In this document: positions 25,701 through 39,661 of the stretch, in pieces
Position numbering within the stretch: the stretch's first letter is position 1
How the letters are laid out: each line of letters starts with the position of its first letter
Assembly (NCBI GenBank): GCA_973851085.1
Contig: OZ316775.1
Span: 1,302,001-1,366,000 of the forward strand
From: Ptychomitrium polyphyllum
Taxonomy: Eukaryota
Direction: 5' to 3'
Length of the DNA stretch: 64,000 bases
Notes under the pieces: generated by a model
What the model was told of the DNA's origin: nothing
Databases searched by the model: none
What the model saw: only the letters and a program-made list of their open reading frames with translations
Made by a program: the position numbers and the translations under genes

Positions 25701-25900
25701 TTCTTAAGCTTCATAGGTGGCTTCTTTAGAAGTATCCTAGAAAATACAAGGGTTAGAATAAAAATAAGAAGCAAGACAAGATATGTTTTTGTCTTGCCAA
25801 TACAAGTTGTGGATCATATTCTATCATACCATTGTTCTAATTCTTATATCAACTATAATAAATCATTACCTCTTTTCAGCAAAGTATTGGGAACCGCTCT
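19800..25900 (+). mobile_element. Degenerate Ty3/Gypsy chromovirus LTR retrotransposon: LTR-gag-PR-RT-RH-IN-chromodomain-LTR
   Basis: 5' LTR 19800-20225 (TGTTA..TAACA). Protease AHLDTGATTCFIDKDFA near 21630. [18 protein letters not shown] and YLDD at 22633. RNase H NYDIHDKELL near 23180. Integrase H..GH..YWWPQM..CNTC near 23720-23850. Chromodomain EYEVEEILDS at 24767. Purine tract GGAGGAGG at 25511, then a 3' LTR from 25522 that fades near 25900. Many stops and frameshifts. Confidence 0.93.
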
Positions 25901-27199
25901 TTATCTACGTCTCAAATCAAAAGTCCTTTACGAATGAAAGTCTAACATCAAACTGCAAATCTAAAACACATCAACCCAGAATTGCTAAATTTCTTAAAGA
26001 TCAAATAAGACACTGGTCCTAGCAACAATGATGGCGGCGCCGCAAAAGCAAAGCAAAGTACTAAGTAGCTAGCATCCACGAGTGTCGTGCACCTCTTTTT
26101 GAAGAGTGCCCGCAACACTAAGGGCACAAGAAGGACCCCGAAGTGCCGTCCAAGACTTGTGGCGCCGATAGTAAGGGGATCCGAGTGGGCGTAGCGTGGG
26201 AAGGATCCTGAGAGAGAGATATATCCTTGCCCATGTAACCTACGGGCCATGACGGAGAAATCATAGGCATTAGAGGATTCACAAAGAGTTGATTCTAAAA
26301 TGCTAAAGATTGCTCAAATTAGACAAGAGATCTCAAAGATATGGAATCCCAAAGTTGGGGTTGTCAAGGGGCAATTCTAGACTGTGGCAGTCCTAGATAG
26401 TGACTGTACTAGACTGGGACAGTCCAGGGAGGGACTCCCCGGGAGTTTTGAACCTTGGGAGAGGCATATCTTTTAGAATAAAAAGTCAAATTGGACATGT
26501 GAGGAGTCTATCAGCATCTACGCAAAGAGTAGATGACGATAGAATGATTGCTCAATTAATTTGGATACTAGACGTGGAAGATATGGCTCCCTGAAGGTCC
26601 GCAAGAAGTCTTGGAGCCTTCCAGCGGCTAAGTCCCAAGGGAGATTGGGTGGTCTTCCAAAACTTTGTATGTATCGGGGTTCAACTAGCTACAGAGGACT
26701 AGGGGGCCTGCCAAATCCCACAGAGAGTACTATAGAGGAGGGCTGGTTTTCCTCCCCACTCCCTTAATGTCCCGATAGAAACCAAGGGTGAGTCCTGGTT
26801 GGTGGAGCTAGTATTGGGGCTTCACCACGGGGACCTCCACACCATTCTGAGCCGGTAGATGACCGGTTTCACAAAGGGAACTAGTGAGATAACAAGGGCA
26901 CGCTTATAACCACTAAGTTGGGGTGGTGTCTTCACGTCGGCACCATGATGGCCCGCGATGATCTCAGGATCATATGGGATCATGAGTGGTGGTAAGGAGA
27001 CACCACTAAGAGCGGATAGGCCGTGTGGAATGGGAGTAACACCAAGTGAGGCCTTAGACATGAATGGAAGTCCACACCTAACCATTAGCTATCAATCATT
27101 TGAGTGTCCTAAGTAAAATGGTAGGGGAACTCGGAAAGTGAAAATGAATGTTAACCATGTACATGTGGAGGTGTACATGGTTGACGCGCGTCACGTTTG

Positions 27200-27955
27200 T
27201 TAAGGTGCATTACGAGGGTTGCGACAACGAGAGTAGCTCTGCAACAGATCTTCATAGCTCTATAAAACAAGCATCCATCAGCGTTGGAAATTGCAAATAT
27301 AATGTACAACGTAAAGCCAAAATGTCTTGAAGTACTTATTGGTCGTTTTCCTGTCCAAGCGTTGTTAAATGAGCTAAAAGAAAGCAACTATCATCATATA
27401 GTTGAATGCAACGCAAGCGGCAATGTGCAACGTCTGTTCTTTGCACTTCCGGATTTAATTGCCTTAGTGCTGCGCTACTCCTTAGTTCTGATGATAAATT
27501 GCACATATAAAACAAAACATTTTTGCATGCCGTTTATAATTGTTGTTGGCCGCACTGGTTGTAATACGACCTTCTTTGTCAACTTTGCTTTCTTTTAGGA
27601 AGAAAACACTACCAAGTACTTGTGGGCCCATTCCTAACAACCCCTTTCCAACAATCCTGGTCACAGATGTTGACTTGGCACTAGCCAATGCCATCACAAT
27701 CCTCCTCCCAAAATGCCACCACATACTTTGTTTGTGGCATATTGACAAAAGTGTGTTAGCAAAATGTAAGAAACTCATTAGTACCAAAGAACAATGCAAT
27801 GCATTATTGAAGGTATGGACAATTGTTTGCCGCAAAAGTACTGTGATGCAATTCAACAAGCTGTGGAAAGATCTTTGTTCCAACTTCAAAGACGTGTAAG
27901 CAATTCTTGCGTATCTAAAGTAAACTTGGCTTCCACTAAAACACAACTTCAAACA
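27200..27955 (+). pseudogene. MULE/Mutator (FAR1-like) DDE transposase relic, longer copy extending into the spacer
   Basis: ORFs 27284-27598 and 27540-27899 carry RLFFA, (D/N)CTYKT, VTDxDLALxNAI and LCxWH motifs, followed by YLK*TWLPLK. Broken by a frameshift and stops. 5' limit is approximate. Confidence 0.88.
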
Positions 27956-30900
27956 CACTCACAAAAAGACAAAGGCCACTTTCCAAATTCACATGTATTC
28001 CATAAATATATACAACTTCAAACAAATAAGGAATCTTTGATTGATTAATCAGTGTGTTACATGATTACACTTAACAAACATTGAACAAACATTTAACAAA
28101 CATTGAAAAAACATTTAATAAACAATAAATGTCCAAGTTGAATCTTTCAAGAAATTGAAGGCATTGGAGAAATTGGAATAGGTAAACAAAAAGGTTGAGG
28201 AAGATAAAGAGAACTAGCTTCCAACAACACAAGAAAGATGGGTGCTAGGTGACTGAGTTTTGCGGAGAATTTAACAGCAGACCTAAATGAGGCCTAAATA
28301 TGGCAACAACTTTCTAAAGAAACAATTACTTTTTGTTAAAAAATAATCTTTTAAATACCAATATATGGTCTTATTAGCTCCTGAACTATTGGATCATTTA
28401 ATGGCCACTTGAATTGATGAGCTAGTGGAATTCATCCAATAAAACTGGATTAAGCTGGATTTACTTATAACTTTGAAGATACTTGTATTAAGTATGTTGA
28501 TAAAAGCCTTGACTTATGGTAGGCAATGAGGCTAAAATCCACTTAGTGGCAAATCTTAAGATAAGTTTGATTGACTTGTTATTAGAAATATAATAGAATA
28601 ATGGAAATAGTGTTAGAAAAGTCTTTATGAGTTTTAGTACATAAGGAGGTTGTGCCAAATGCACAAACACTTGAGAATCATTTGCCAACCTTGTGTTATG
28701 TGATGAAGAGAGTGTTGTAAAATTTATGTAGTATTATGGAATTTATGTAGAGTTATGGAATTATAGATGTGGAATGTGTAATCTTGAGTACAATATATAA
28801 GGGATGAGAGCATTTTGTGATATGAAGGAGTTGGTGTTATGTGAAAATTGATGTTAAGGCAATTGTTCTTGAACAATTTGCACCTAACAGTCCAATATAT
28901 GGTGCAATGGTGCAAGGGTTTGTACTGTGACATGATGAAATCTTCCGTGACAGATTTTACAGCAATGCAATCAGAACCAATCGAATTGGCTTAGATATTT
29001 CATCCTCAAGCGCTCGCACCTTTCAAGCTACCCGCACATGTCAATTTACATGACAAAGGATTCTTCTAATACCGTATAAGCTATGTTCTTATCTTTTCCT
29101 CAAAAGTACAAATACATCTCATCATGACTATGCTTCATTAGAATGAAAATTGTAGTCCCGACCGAATGATATGCTGGGTAGTCTTGGATGAAGGAACATG
29201 TCCCAGTAGACACATTTGGCTGCATAAATTGAACAAGCTGAATGTTCGAATGTGGAGGAAACGACAGCAAAACCGTGTACCATAGTGGACAGCGATGCTA
29301 GAAGGGACATACATAAAAGCTACAGAGTATCTCATGCCCATACGACTTGATGATAAGGACGACCAAACCATCAGTGCTTGGCCAGGTAGGTTATTAGCAG
29401 GAGTAGGAATTTCTGTCATTACTCCAGTATCACACACGACCCAAGTGCTCAAAATTACTTAATGAGATCCCAGTCAGCCCCGCACGATTACAACATTCAA
29501 GCCAAAGTCACACACCGGCAGTAATGCATACAACCCTCAACCCAGGCATCCAACAACACGACAACAAAACGGAAACAGTGGATATGTGTGGTCTATCAAC
29601 TCTAGATATCCTCCCTTTTATGACTTGGAAAAAAAAAACAGACAAAAAAACGCAACAGGGATCCACTTTGCCTCCATCTCGGTAGGTGAGTTTGATCTGC
29701 AACCGGCAGCCACATGGCCGGTTGTAAGCACGGCATAAATAGAAAATTTGTAAAGCTAGCTAATAGGCGCTTGACCATGATCGGATGTCTTCAGCCACAA
29801 ATGGCGACCCAGCAAAGGAGCTGTGTGAACGGCCATGTACGCTGCATTCAACCTGCAGTCATCAACTCCGACCGTCAACCAATTTGTTCTCACAGCTCCC
29901 AAACCAGACTGATGCGATTCTGGAATCCGATACATAGAAGCAGAACAGGACATGCAACATATGCAATACGAACACGCGTAGAATGCAGGCCAGTCCACTT
30001 GGAACTTCAACAGGAAAAATCAGGACACAGCAGTGCGAGCAAACTTACTTGTCCACATCGGGAGGGGCTAAGGGGTCAAAGATCTCCTCCTCCTTGTGCT
30101 CCGCAGTAGGGGCAGCGCTTACAGCAACTGAAGCCTGTGCGTCACCCTAACGATAGTGATGTGCACATATATGCGATACCCAGAATATATAAATAAAGGA
30201 GTCCACACCAGCTCCCTCACTTGGAGCTCTTCTCCAGCTTTGGCCTTTGCCACAACCTCATCATACCACTCCCATCCACCTAAACCCTAAACCTCCTACA
30301 GTTGCTTGGAACTAGTAGTGCACAAAACCTAACATCAAACCTTCAACATGGTAACTTGATGAGCATGCAGTGTTTCCTTGCAGCAAACAGCATATACGAC
30401 AAGTGGAATAAAGACGAATCACTCAGGCTCGCAACATACCTCCCAGCATGCAACGACCCTAGCCCTCTGAATTCAAAGTACCACAAGGACAAAAAGATGA
30501 AAAGGAAAAAAGAAAAAGCCTCTCATATGCCCCATATACCAATACAAGCGAAAAGAAGCCGACCAAGTCCCTCGCTTATCGACTAATGATTCAGTTCACA
30601 CTTTTCATTGCTGAGGGAAAGTCCATACAGACATTGAAAGCTAACCCAACACGTCTAATCATGTCCAGAAAGACTAGATCAGCATACAAATGGTTTCCCA
30701 GAAGCCTCGCAACACCAGCTTCAAGGTTGGCGTCTTATGACTTGAAAAAGTTGAACATCTATTGCCTTGCCATCATTACAAGTGAGGGTTTAAAAGGCAT
30801 TCCAAGTTTCGACAACTATTCTGCACTGTCACACACGCCAAAAACGCTCCAGCGGGAATTACTTCTCACAGTTGCTGAACTCTTCACTGTAATATGCGAC

Positions 30901-33900
30901 CACAGAAGAGCCAGCCTCAGAAAATCATTATCACGATCAGCCTCACTATCAGGATCACAGCACCATTAACCACACCTATATCAAGTAAGCCTGGCGCTTG
31001 TATTCACACTTCAAACTATCTGCTGCTTGCACAACCGCCCCCACAAAATTGACTCCTCTACTGCTTTGCAACCTCTCGATGCACAAACCATACAAACCCT
31101 GTGTGCTCGAAATCTTATGCATGTGCGTATCCACAAAGACTGCTGCTCATAATTAGGACACTAACCTCCTCCTTCTCCTCCTACTTGTCAACCTACTCTC
31201 CGCCAAAGCCTCAGAAGCTCCTGCATAACTCCGTATTTGCAGTGCTAACCCAAACTCAACGCCACTGCTAGACCGTCAACATCTTCAGCGTATAATGTAC
31301 GTACAAACAGCAGATGGACCGAGGCGACCCTGCCTCACAGCCCATCGGTGGAAGCCCTGGTATTAAACACGTTCTTTGACACCAACAGACTCTCTAAGTA
31401 CAAGTATTGCAGTGACGCACTAGAATCCACCAAACCATAAACCGGACCGTCAACACACAAAAGTGGGGGGCGGGGGGCGGGGAGCGAGGAGGGAAACTAG
31501 CATACCTGCTGAGGATAGTTCCCATAACCAGGGTAGTTTCCGTATTGAGCATATGCAGGGTCCTGCGGGGGCTGTGTCGGATATCCGTATTGATCATAGC
31601 CCTGTGCATATCCCTGATAATAGCCTGCCGCATTCCACTGGTTCGGATCTGGGTGCTGGCCCCAGACAGGCTGCTCCCAGAAAATCAAAACCAGTTAGCA
31701 AGTGAGCAACAACCTCCACAGCAGATCCAGAAATATTAAAAACACTCCCAATCACGAGTTGCAGGACAACAAGACCTCGACTTACATCCGTTGTCTGCTT
31801 GTTGCCAGGGCTCCTACCCCACGACAGACGCACTGCTTGCGTCCCAATCACCGTCTGGTGAAGCCTTTGCAGGGCCTCCTCTGCACATGCTCTGAAATAA
31901 CATCACGCACAGCAGGTGTGTCAATGGTCCAGTGGAAAGGAAACATGCACTTGATGCCAGAGATATCCGCTCGTACGTTTTTCACATGCCTGCAGCGCAG
32001 AACTGCTCATCTGCCTGAGTATCGACCCAGGCAGAACGACTCTGACCATTCCTGCGTCTCTTCCTACATAGGGCCCTTCAAAAGTGACCACATCAGCTTC
32101 GCCCAGATGGTGAATGCCATCATGTCCGCAGTAACAAGAGCGCTCGACAGTCTACCTCACATCAAACAGCGCAGTGACGCTAGATCGACAACAACACCAC
32201 CATGCTGAGCACACGACTAGATGCACTAGGAGATAGTAAATACCTGTGAGTGAATTGGACAAAACCACAGCCCTTTCCAGCAGGAATTTTCACATAAACG
32301 AGTTCTCCAAACTGTCCAAACACGTTCCTCAAGTCTTCGTCGCCTACAGCTGGATCGAGACCTCCAACAAATATCTGCCAACAGTTTCCATCGACACAAG
32401 ACACAACTCAGATATCCAGCTATTCTTGATCCCCAAACGCCCAATCACCATGTCTTGCCACTAACAAAACAAGACGGCGCCCAGGTCGGAGTCAAACAAA
32501 ACATTAGGTCTCAATAGAAACGCTCTAACCAACTCACTGTTGTGTTGTTCGGATCGTTGTCTGTAGGAAATGCCTGCGGAGATGGCTGGGCCCCGTAAGC
32601 CGTGTACGTAGCAACAGCTACAGGAGAGGCTGCATCCACGCAATCAAGCATCACATCATTGCAGTCAGTAACGGCCTACATAGCATCTTAAATTGGAGGA
32701 TTCTCGGCATGTCAACAACCGTCTTCCACATCTCAGTCGCTTAGCAGCTAGCCAATCAAACTTCAAGCTGACAGGACCTCGTGACCGGTTACTCCAAGCC
32801 ACAACCCTCAAATTACACGCCTGAGATATCGACGTTATGGTTACCCCAAATTCCAAAAGCAAACACACAAGATACATTATGACCGACAAAGAGGGCCCAG
32901 ACGCAGGATTGACACATCCCAACTCAAATGACGCCCAGGAAAGCTTCAGCAACGGGTGACAAACAAGAATCCTAGTGCGATCATTCGGCTCTGTCTACTG
33001 TCTCCACGAGGGACCAACTCACACGGAAATATGGCTATGCCAGTCAGGATAACATGAATCCTATCAACCTTTGATCCTGAACGAGGAGAGCTACGAACAG
33101 AAGGTAGAGCATAACAATGACACCCTTGTGGAAAGAGGTGTGAGTCGGCAATTGAAAGTGACCTTCAACAGCAGGGATAGAACTGACTGAATAAGAGTTT
33201 GGAAGGGACTCGTGGAACACCCGGAATGCGAATGGGCAGAGGCTTGTAAGCTGAAATCCTTGATGTGGCAGAAAGAAAATACTAGAACGAAAGCACGAAA
33301 TGCAGAAGCAAAACGTGCAAACAGGGACACTGACCTAAATCAGGGGCCACCCACTACTGAGGGTGCTTTCCCAGTTGCCGGGTTCTCTTTGTAGGCACCC
33401 TTTGTAGGAAGTCTCTTCCCCTCCTGCTTCGACACAGATTATTGACTTCATAAGCTTACCCAGCAGACACCACTTTGACCAACACGACCTTACTCACCCT
33501 CCCACCAAAGATTCCCTCACCAAAGTGCATACGGAACTGCAACTACGTGCACAGTGTCTCAGTACGACTGCTAAGTGAAATGACCATCACGTGCATCCAG
33601 CCAGAAGCTCTGCCATGCTTCAGGCCTGCACAAAAAAGACTCCAGAACAGGATATGCACCAAGTCATTCAAGGAGTGACACGGAAAACACACACCTTTCG
33701 GGTTAAGTTGTGCGGGGCCCAAAGACTTCTTCGGGGTGGCTGCGCTGATTCGCATCGGCCGGCTCGAACAGTAAATTCCGTTCATCTCGCTCATAGCCCG
33801 ATTCCTTTCCATCTCGTCACCAAATCTCACGAACCCATACCCCTTTGATCGACCTGTGTTGGCATCCGTCACAACCTTCGCACCCTTCACAGATGGATAG

Positions 33901-36477
33901 CGAGTGCGAAATGTCTCCTGTAGCATGTAATCCGTCACATCCGGAGCCAGATCCCCGACAAAAATAGAGTGCTCCGGTCCCGCCTCCGGGCGCCTCTCCC
34001 CTATCCCGAAAGAAGCCCAGTTCAGCCGGAAAGGCTGCTCCGTGTTGGGCATTTGAGTACCATTGTAAGCTTGCAAAATCTTCTCTGCTGCTGCATGAGA
34101 AACGAACTCCACGAACCCATACCCCTCAGAGTAACCCGTCTGCTTATTACGAATGATCTTCACAGACTGCACCTGCAAGGCCATTCACAAACCCCTTGTG
34201 AGTACGTTACCCTCTTACGCGCCGCCACAACCTACTCGGAACAACGTGGCTCTCTCTGCCCAACATCCCCGTAAACTCCCCATTCCTTCCTTCCAACTCC
34301 AGAAGCCCCTCCCATGATTCTAACCATCACGACACCACGATGCAGGGATATCAGCATCAGAACCAAAGGACCTCCACATGGACCAAGACTTCCTCCGGAT
34401 GAGAATTACTTGCGCTCACAAGCCCCGTCATTGTCATGGATCGGCACCGGTCGACCGGTGCGAGAACAGAGAACACGAATCTCAAGGTACTCGGCACGAC
34501 ATGCAGCTCACTCCTAACCCGGAAAATCCTCTCTGCTTCACACAACACATCTGTTCCAAAGTCCGTCCATTGCCTTCGTGTGTACCGGCGATTTCCCACA
34601 TACGCCACATGTGCAACAACCACTCTCAAGGGCGTGTCCATTCCAACACATCTCAACGAGCAAATCCGAGTCCGCTCTAGGGTAGAAAATGGACTCAACG
34701 TGGCTGCCTTCGCTCAAAACTCATGCCGAAAGTGCTCGTAGACCGCCCAAACACTCCCGATGGTGTTCGCACGTTCCGGCCAAGAGCGGCCTACAGCGCC
34801 GGCTCATGAGGATGCACAAAAATCAGAATCATTCCCGAACAGCCCAGACCGAGATGCACGAACACGTACCTCTCCAGTGTGTACGAAAGCAGTGTGCAAG
34901 TAATTCTCGTCCATCCAATACTGGAGATCTCCAACCCACAAGGTTTTCACCTCCTCGTGATGCTGCGGTTGCATCCCTGTTTGCTGCATCATGACCCACT
35001 GCTGCTGCGGCTGTCCCTCAGCCTGCGCATTCGGGGGGCCAACCCCTACGGGTGACTGCATCATGCTCTCCGTGCTCTCCCCGCCGAACAGCCCCGCCAA
35101 TAAACCCCCGCTTTCCAAGATTTTCAATCCTCACCACAAAAGAAAGCTGAACTCCTGGACACGCAACAGCCAATGCAGCACGTTATTACTCGGAGCCTCA
35201 CCGACTCCCGCCCCTGCACTCAAAGACGCGGCCCCCGCACTCCTACACACGCCTCCGCGACAAAACCCTCGTCCACGCGAACCCCGGCACGACGATGACG
35301 CAGTGGGAGCGCACGACGCCCCGGGGCAGTGGACAGCCCTCGCCCTCACGGTACCTACATTCCCTCTTACAAAAACGACTCTCGCACCAATCCGTCGCAC
35401 GGCACGTCGCTGCCTCGACCGCAAGAGACCCGTCTAGAAATTAACTTCACCCTCTCTCCAGGCCTAGTTCCGAACAAACCACACGCGACCCCGCAGCGGG
35501 AGCAAGGAGCTGATCACGTGCCCGGCACTTCGCGAGAAGTGGCGCGTCCAAACCCGAGCCAAAGCTGCACTCGCCCAGACGACCTCACCACGCTAACCCT
35601 CCCGCCCACGCCTGCAGAAAAGACTTCCAAAACTCCACAACAACAACGTCTCACAAAGCCTCACGCCCCGTCAAGAAGTCGCCAACCTACACCCCTCGCC
35701 CGAACACTGCCAAACCCCTTACGCACCACGACCAATGCCGCACTCCAGCTACGCGAACAGCGCCCGCCACATTGCACCCCGTGAAACCCCTGCGCCGCGT
35801 CCTCCGCCTCCGAATACACACCTCGGTCCTCCACAAAAACCCCGATGCTCCCCTCCCAAAACCCTAACGCCGAAACCTCCCCCGAACCAATCGCTCGCAG
35901 CCCGGGGGGCAATAGGAGCGACCTCGCGGGCCCCGCTGCAACATCCACGACCACGAACGACGACGCCACACCGCTCCCTCCCCTACAGCGCCTCCACCCG
36001 CGACGCAGGCGACGCCCGCAGCCGGGCCCCGAACCCTGGACCCGGACCGCGAGCTGAGGAGCAGAGCGACAGAACGCGGCGAATTTTTAAAAATTTCCGG
36101 GAACGGAGGGCACGCAAGAAGCGAGAGAGAGGAGAGCAGCGTACCTGCGGGGCGGACTACGGGAGCGGGCGATCGAGCAATCCCATGCGGAGGGCCCCGA
36201 ATGCAGAGTTCGTCGCGGCAGCGGCAGCAGCAACGCGGGCGAGGGGGCGAGGAGGGGCGTGAGAGAGAGTCCAGTCCAGTCTTCCGCGAGCGACCTGTCC
36301 TGTCCTGCCCTTCCTTTGCAGACGAAGAGGCGGGCGTGCGTGCCTGCGCGAGGGCTGGGGCGAGGGCGAGGGCGAGCTCCGAAGGGCCCCGGCGGACGGC
36401 CCCGATGCGCTGCTCCGCGGCCCCGCCGTCCACGCAGCCGTCGATCGGGGCCCCCTGTGTGGCTGGTTGGGGCGATT
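27308..36477 (-). repeat. Right arm of 9,170-bp inverted duplication (partner 10288-19457)
   Basis: Reverse complement of 10288-19457 with no net indel; a 10-nt homopolymer has the same length in both arms (about 17127 and 29629). Confidence 0.97.
29756..35064 (-). CDS. RBP47: RBP45/RBP47-family (RBP47B'-type) three-RRM protein, copy B, apparently identical to copy A
   Basis: Exact mirror (46765 minus x) of the exons at 11701-17009; the mirrored ORF translations are identical. Confidence 0.93.
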
Positions 36478-39400
36478 GTGGTTGCGCTAATGCTCGTCTG
36501 TGCCCTTGTTCGGGATCTCTCTACGTGATGAGTTTTTGCTGGGTTGGCGTGCGTTCGCTTACTCTCCAGGTTTCCGCTTGCCTTGTATAGTGCTCCATCT
36601 CTCTAAGTTGTCGTGTTCATCAGCTCTCGATATTTTGGTTGAATGCGCAACTCTCTATGTTTGTGTTTAGTAGGCAGTAGCCAGTTGTTTATTTTGTACG
36701 ACGCTTCGTCGCATAGCTAAGCATTTGTTTGCCTTTATTGTTTTTTTTTTTTTTTTTTAATTTCTTTACATGTTTAAATATTTATTTTGTTTTGTTGTTT
36801 GCTTTTTATGTTTGTTTTTTATTGTTTGTAGGGGTGTATATACGGTTTTATTTCACCTAAACCTTTGTAGTATATAAGAGGTTTTAAAACAAATGTTATT
36901 GTTGTGGATCTTGAACCTTTTTTGGATTGTTTGCATTTGAAGGTACAGAGGTTATCCTTACTATAATTTTGAACCTTACATCATATTTTTTCTTCTTATT
37001 TTTTTTATGTTTACATTTGTAGAGAAGTGAATCTACCATTTTATAGTTGTTATAGTAGAGATGATGAGTGAATTTACACTAGTTATTTTAATGCCATTGA
37101 TTTGCATTTGGTTTATCTTGGTTTTTTCATGTTTGGACTATTTGACCATTATAAAATAACCTAGGTATGCTTATTACTTTTTACTTCAAATTTTATAAAC
37201 ATGAAGTTGAAATTTCTCTTCATCAAAAGTTATAATGAATTTTTTTGATACAACAATCAAGAGCCTTGAATTGAAATTTTGGAATTGAAGCCATTATAAA
37301 TATTTATAACAATTCATATCAAGTTCAAAAATGCAAAGCTTATCAAAATTTATTAAAGTAAAGTTTGAAATTATTAATGCTTTATATGATTTTTTTATGA
37401 TATTTCAAATTTTATTTTCCAAAAATCAAACTATGGTATTGGTGTTAGTAAAGGTAAGTATAACCATCTAGTTAAAACTTATAAATTATTATGTATGATA
37501 AAAAATTTACATAGATATATATAAAAACTTTAACTTTAAATTTTACATTACATCTTTTCAAAATGTCAAAGTTTAAAAGGTACTTAAGAATTATATCAAA
37601 TAATGGTTTTATTATAATTTTTTTAGCTATTATGTTTTAAATGTGTATAGATATATTTTGAAAGTAAAAACACGTAATATATGTTTATAATTATAGCTTC
37701 ATATTGTTTAATTTTCTTTACTTTTAATATAGAATCTTGTGTGTTGATCATATTAGAGCTATTTGTGTTACATTCAAACTTTTAATTCTTATATATATAT
37801 ACTTTACTCAAGTATCTATTATGGAATAATAAAGAACTATTTCTATTATTGTAGATTTTCATATGTTTTAATGTTTATATAAGTTTTTGTTTACAATTAT
37901 GAAGGATCAATTTATAATTGAAGCTAAATAAAAAATGCAAATAATTATATACAAATGAAAAATATCTTAAGTTTATTAATAAAATGTTGTATTAGATAGT
38001 TGAATTAAACTACAAGATTTTAAGAATGGAGTGTTAGTAAGTTGAAAGAAAAAACTGTTTGAATTATGCTGGCATAAATACATAGTTTTTTAAGTGTACA
38101 AATGATGTATATTAATAACACAAGCCCACATTTAACATCAATGAAGATTCATTTTAGAATGTATTTTGAAAATTCTTTATATATTTTTTAAATTATAGAA
38201 TATTTTTTTACATTGTAGCTTCTAAAATTTTGTAATTTTTATAATGTTCAATTTTGATTTTATTTTTTTAAATCTAATGTCATAATATCATAATTTTTAC
38301 ATATAGATTAAATATATATCAATGTACAAAAATAGATGGTTATATTATTCTGTTTAATATACGTGTCATTTCAAACATTTTTATTTGATGTAACTAATTT
38401 CTAATAATTTTATCATTACTATCAACAACAAAAATTCCTCTTATATTTTTAATATTGCCTATTTTTCTTGTAATGTTGTCATTCATTAATTTGATACTTC
38501 ATCCACAAGTACATCAATACAAGAAAAAACACATAAAAAGTAAAGGAAAATTATTATACAGTGTATTATCAACTTTGTTGTAATAACAACAGTTTCTAAA
38601 TTATTTTTTTAAGCATTGTCATCAAATTGTTTCTTCATCATGTTATTGACTTTGAAAAAAATTCTTTCTACATGTTTGTATGTTTTTTTAAATGTTAATA
38701 TATCAATTCCATGTTGTATGATAAATAATAAAGGAAGAATATCATAGTATAATAGAAACAATACTTGCAAAAATAGTGCCATACTTATCAACAAATTTTG
38801 TAGTAAGTTATTTTTAATTGATATGAATAAAAACCTAAAAGATAATAGAAAAATTAATGCTTGGATTCACAAAAAAGATCAAGCTCTCATATAATTAGAA
38901 TTCAAATCTAGCATATAATGTAATGGAAGATAAAATCACTTTGTAATATTGCATTTAATTTTTACTCTCATTATATTTTAAGAGAACAACTAACATGGCA
39001 ATTTCTTCAGTTGAAAACACATATATATGTTAAATTCATAAATAATGATTAACAAGGTATAAAATGACCTTACATAATTAATGTATAAAACACATTTATC
39101 ACATCAAATGTATTTCAATGTATTAAAGTGCACTTTTTATTTGATTCAATTAAAAGTTATAATTTGAATTGTGTATAACATGCTTTTATTGGATATAATA
39201 AAATGAATTATTAAGTATAAATACTTTAGCATAAATTTGTATAATATTAATGAATTCAACATATTATTGAGATTAATTAACTTGAATGAATACAATTCAT
39301 ATAAATAGTTTGTTTTGCATTGTTTGACTGCTCTTTAGTTGAATATAATAAAAAAATTGACCAACTTGTTATTTTGTGAAGCAAAATTAGTGGTTTTTTT

Positions 39401-39635
39401 GTGATATTTTTATTGTAAGTGAAAGAAAAAGCACCTAAAATATCCAACAAAGTTTAATTTTGCACTCATAGGATTTAAATAAATGCTTTTATTGAAAAAT
39501 TTTAATTGAAAATCTTTAAAAAAATTAGAGGTTTTAGATCTAATAAGTTAATATTATTTATTTATTCTTAAATAAATGAAGGTGCTTATATTTTAGATTT
39601 GAATTGAAACCAATCAAGACATTTAGAATTAAGGT

Positions 39636-39661
39636 TTATTATTATTATTATTATTATTATT
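39636..39661. repeat. (TTA)n microsatellite
   Basis: Run of about 8 TTA units read directly. Confidence 0.85.
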
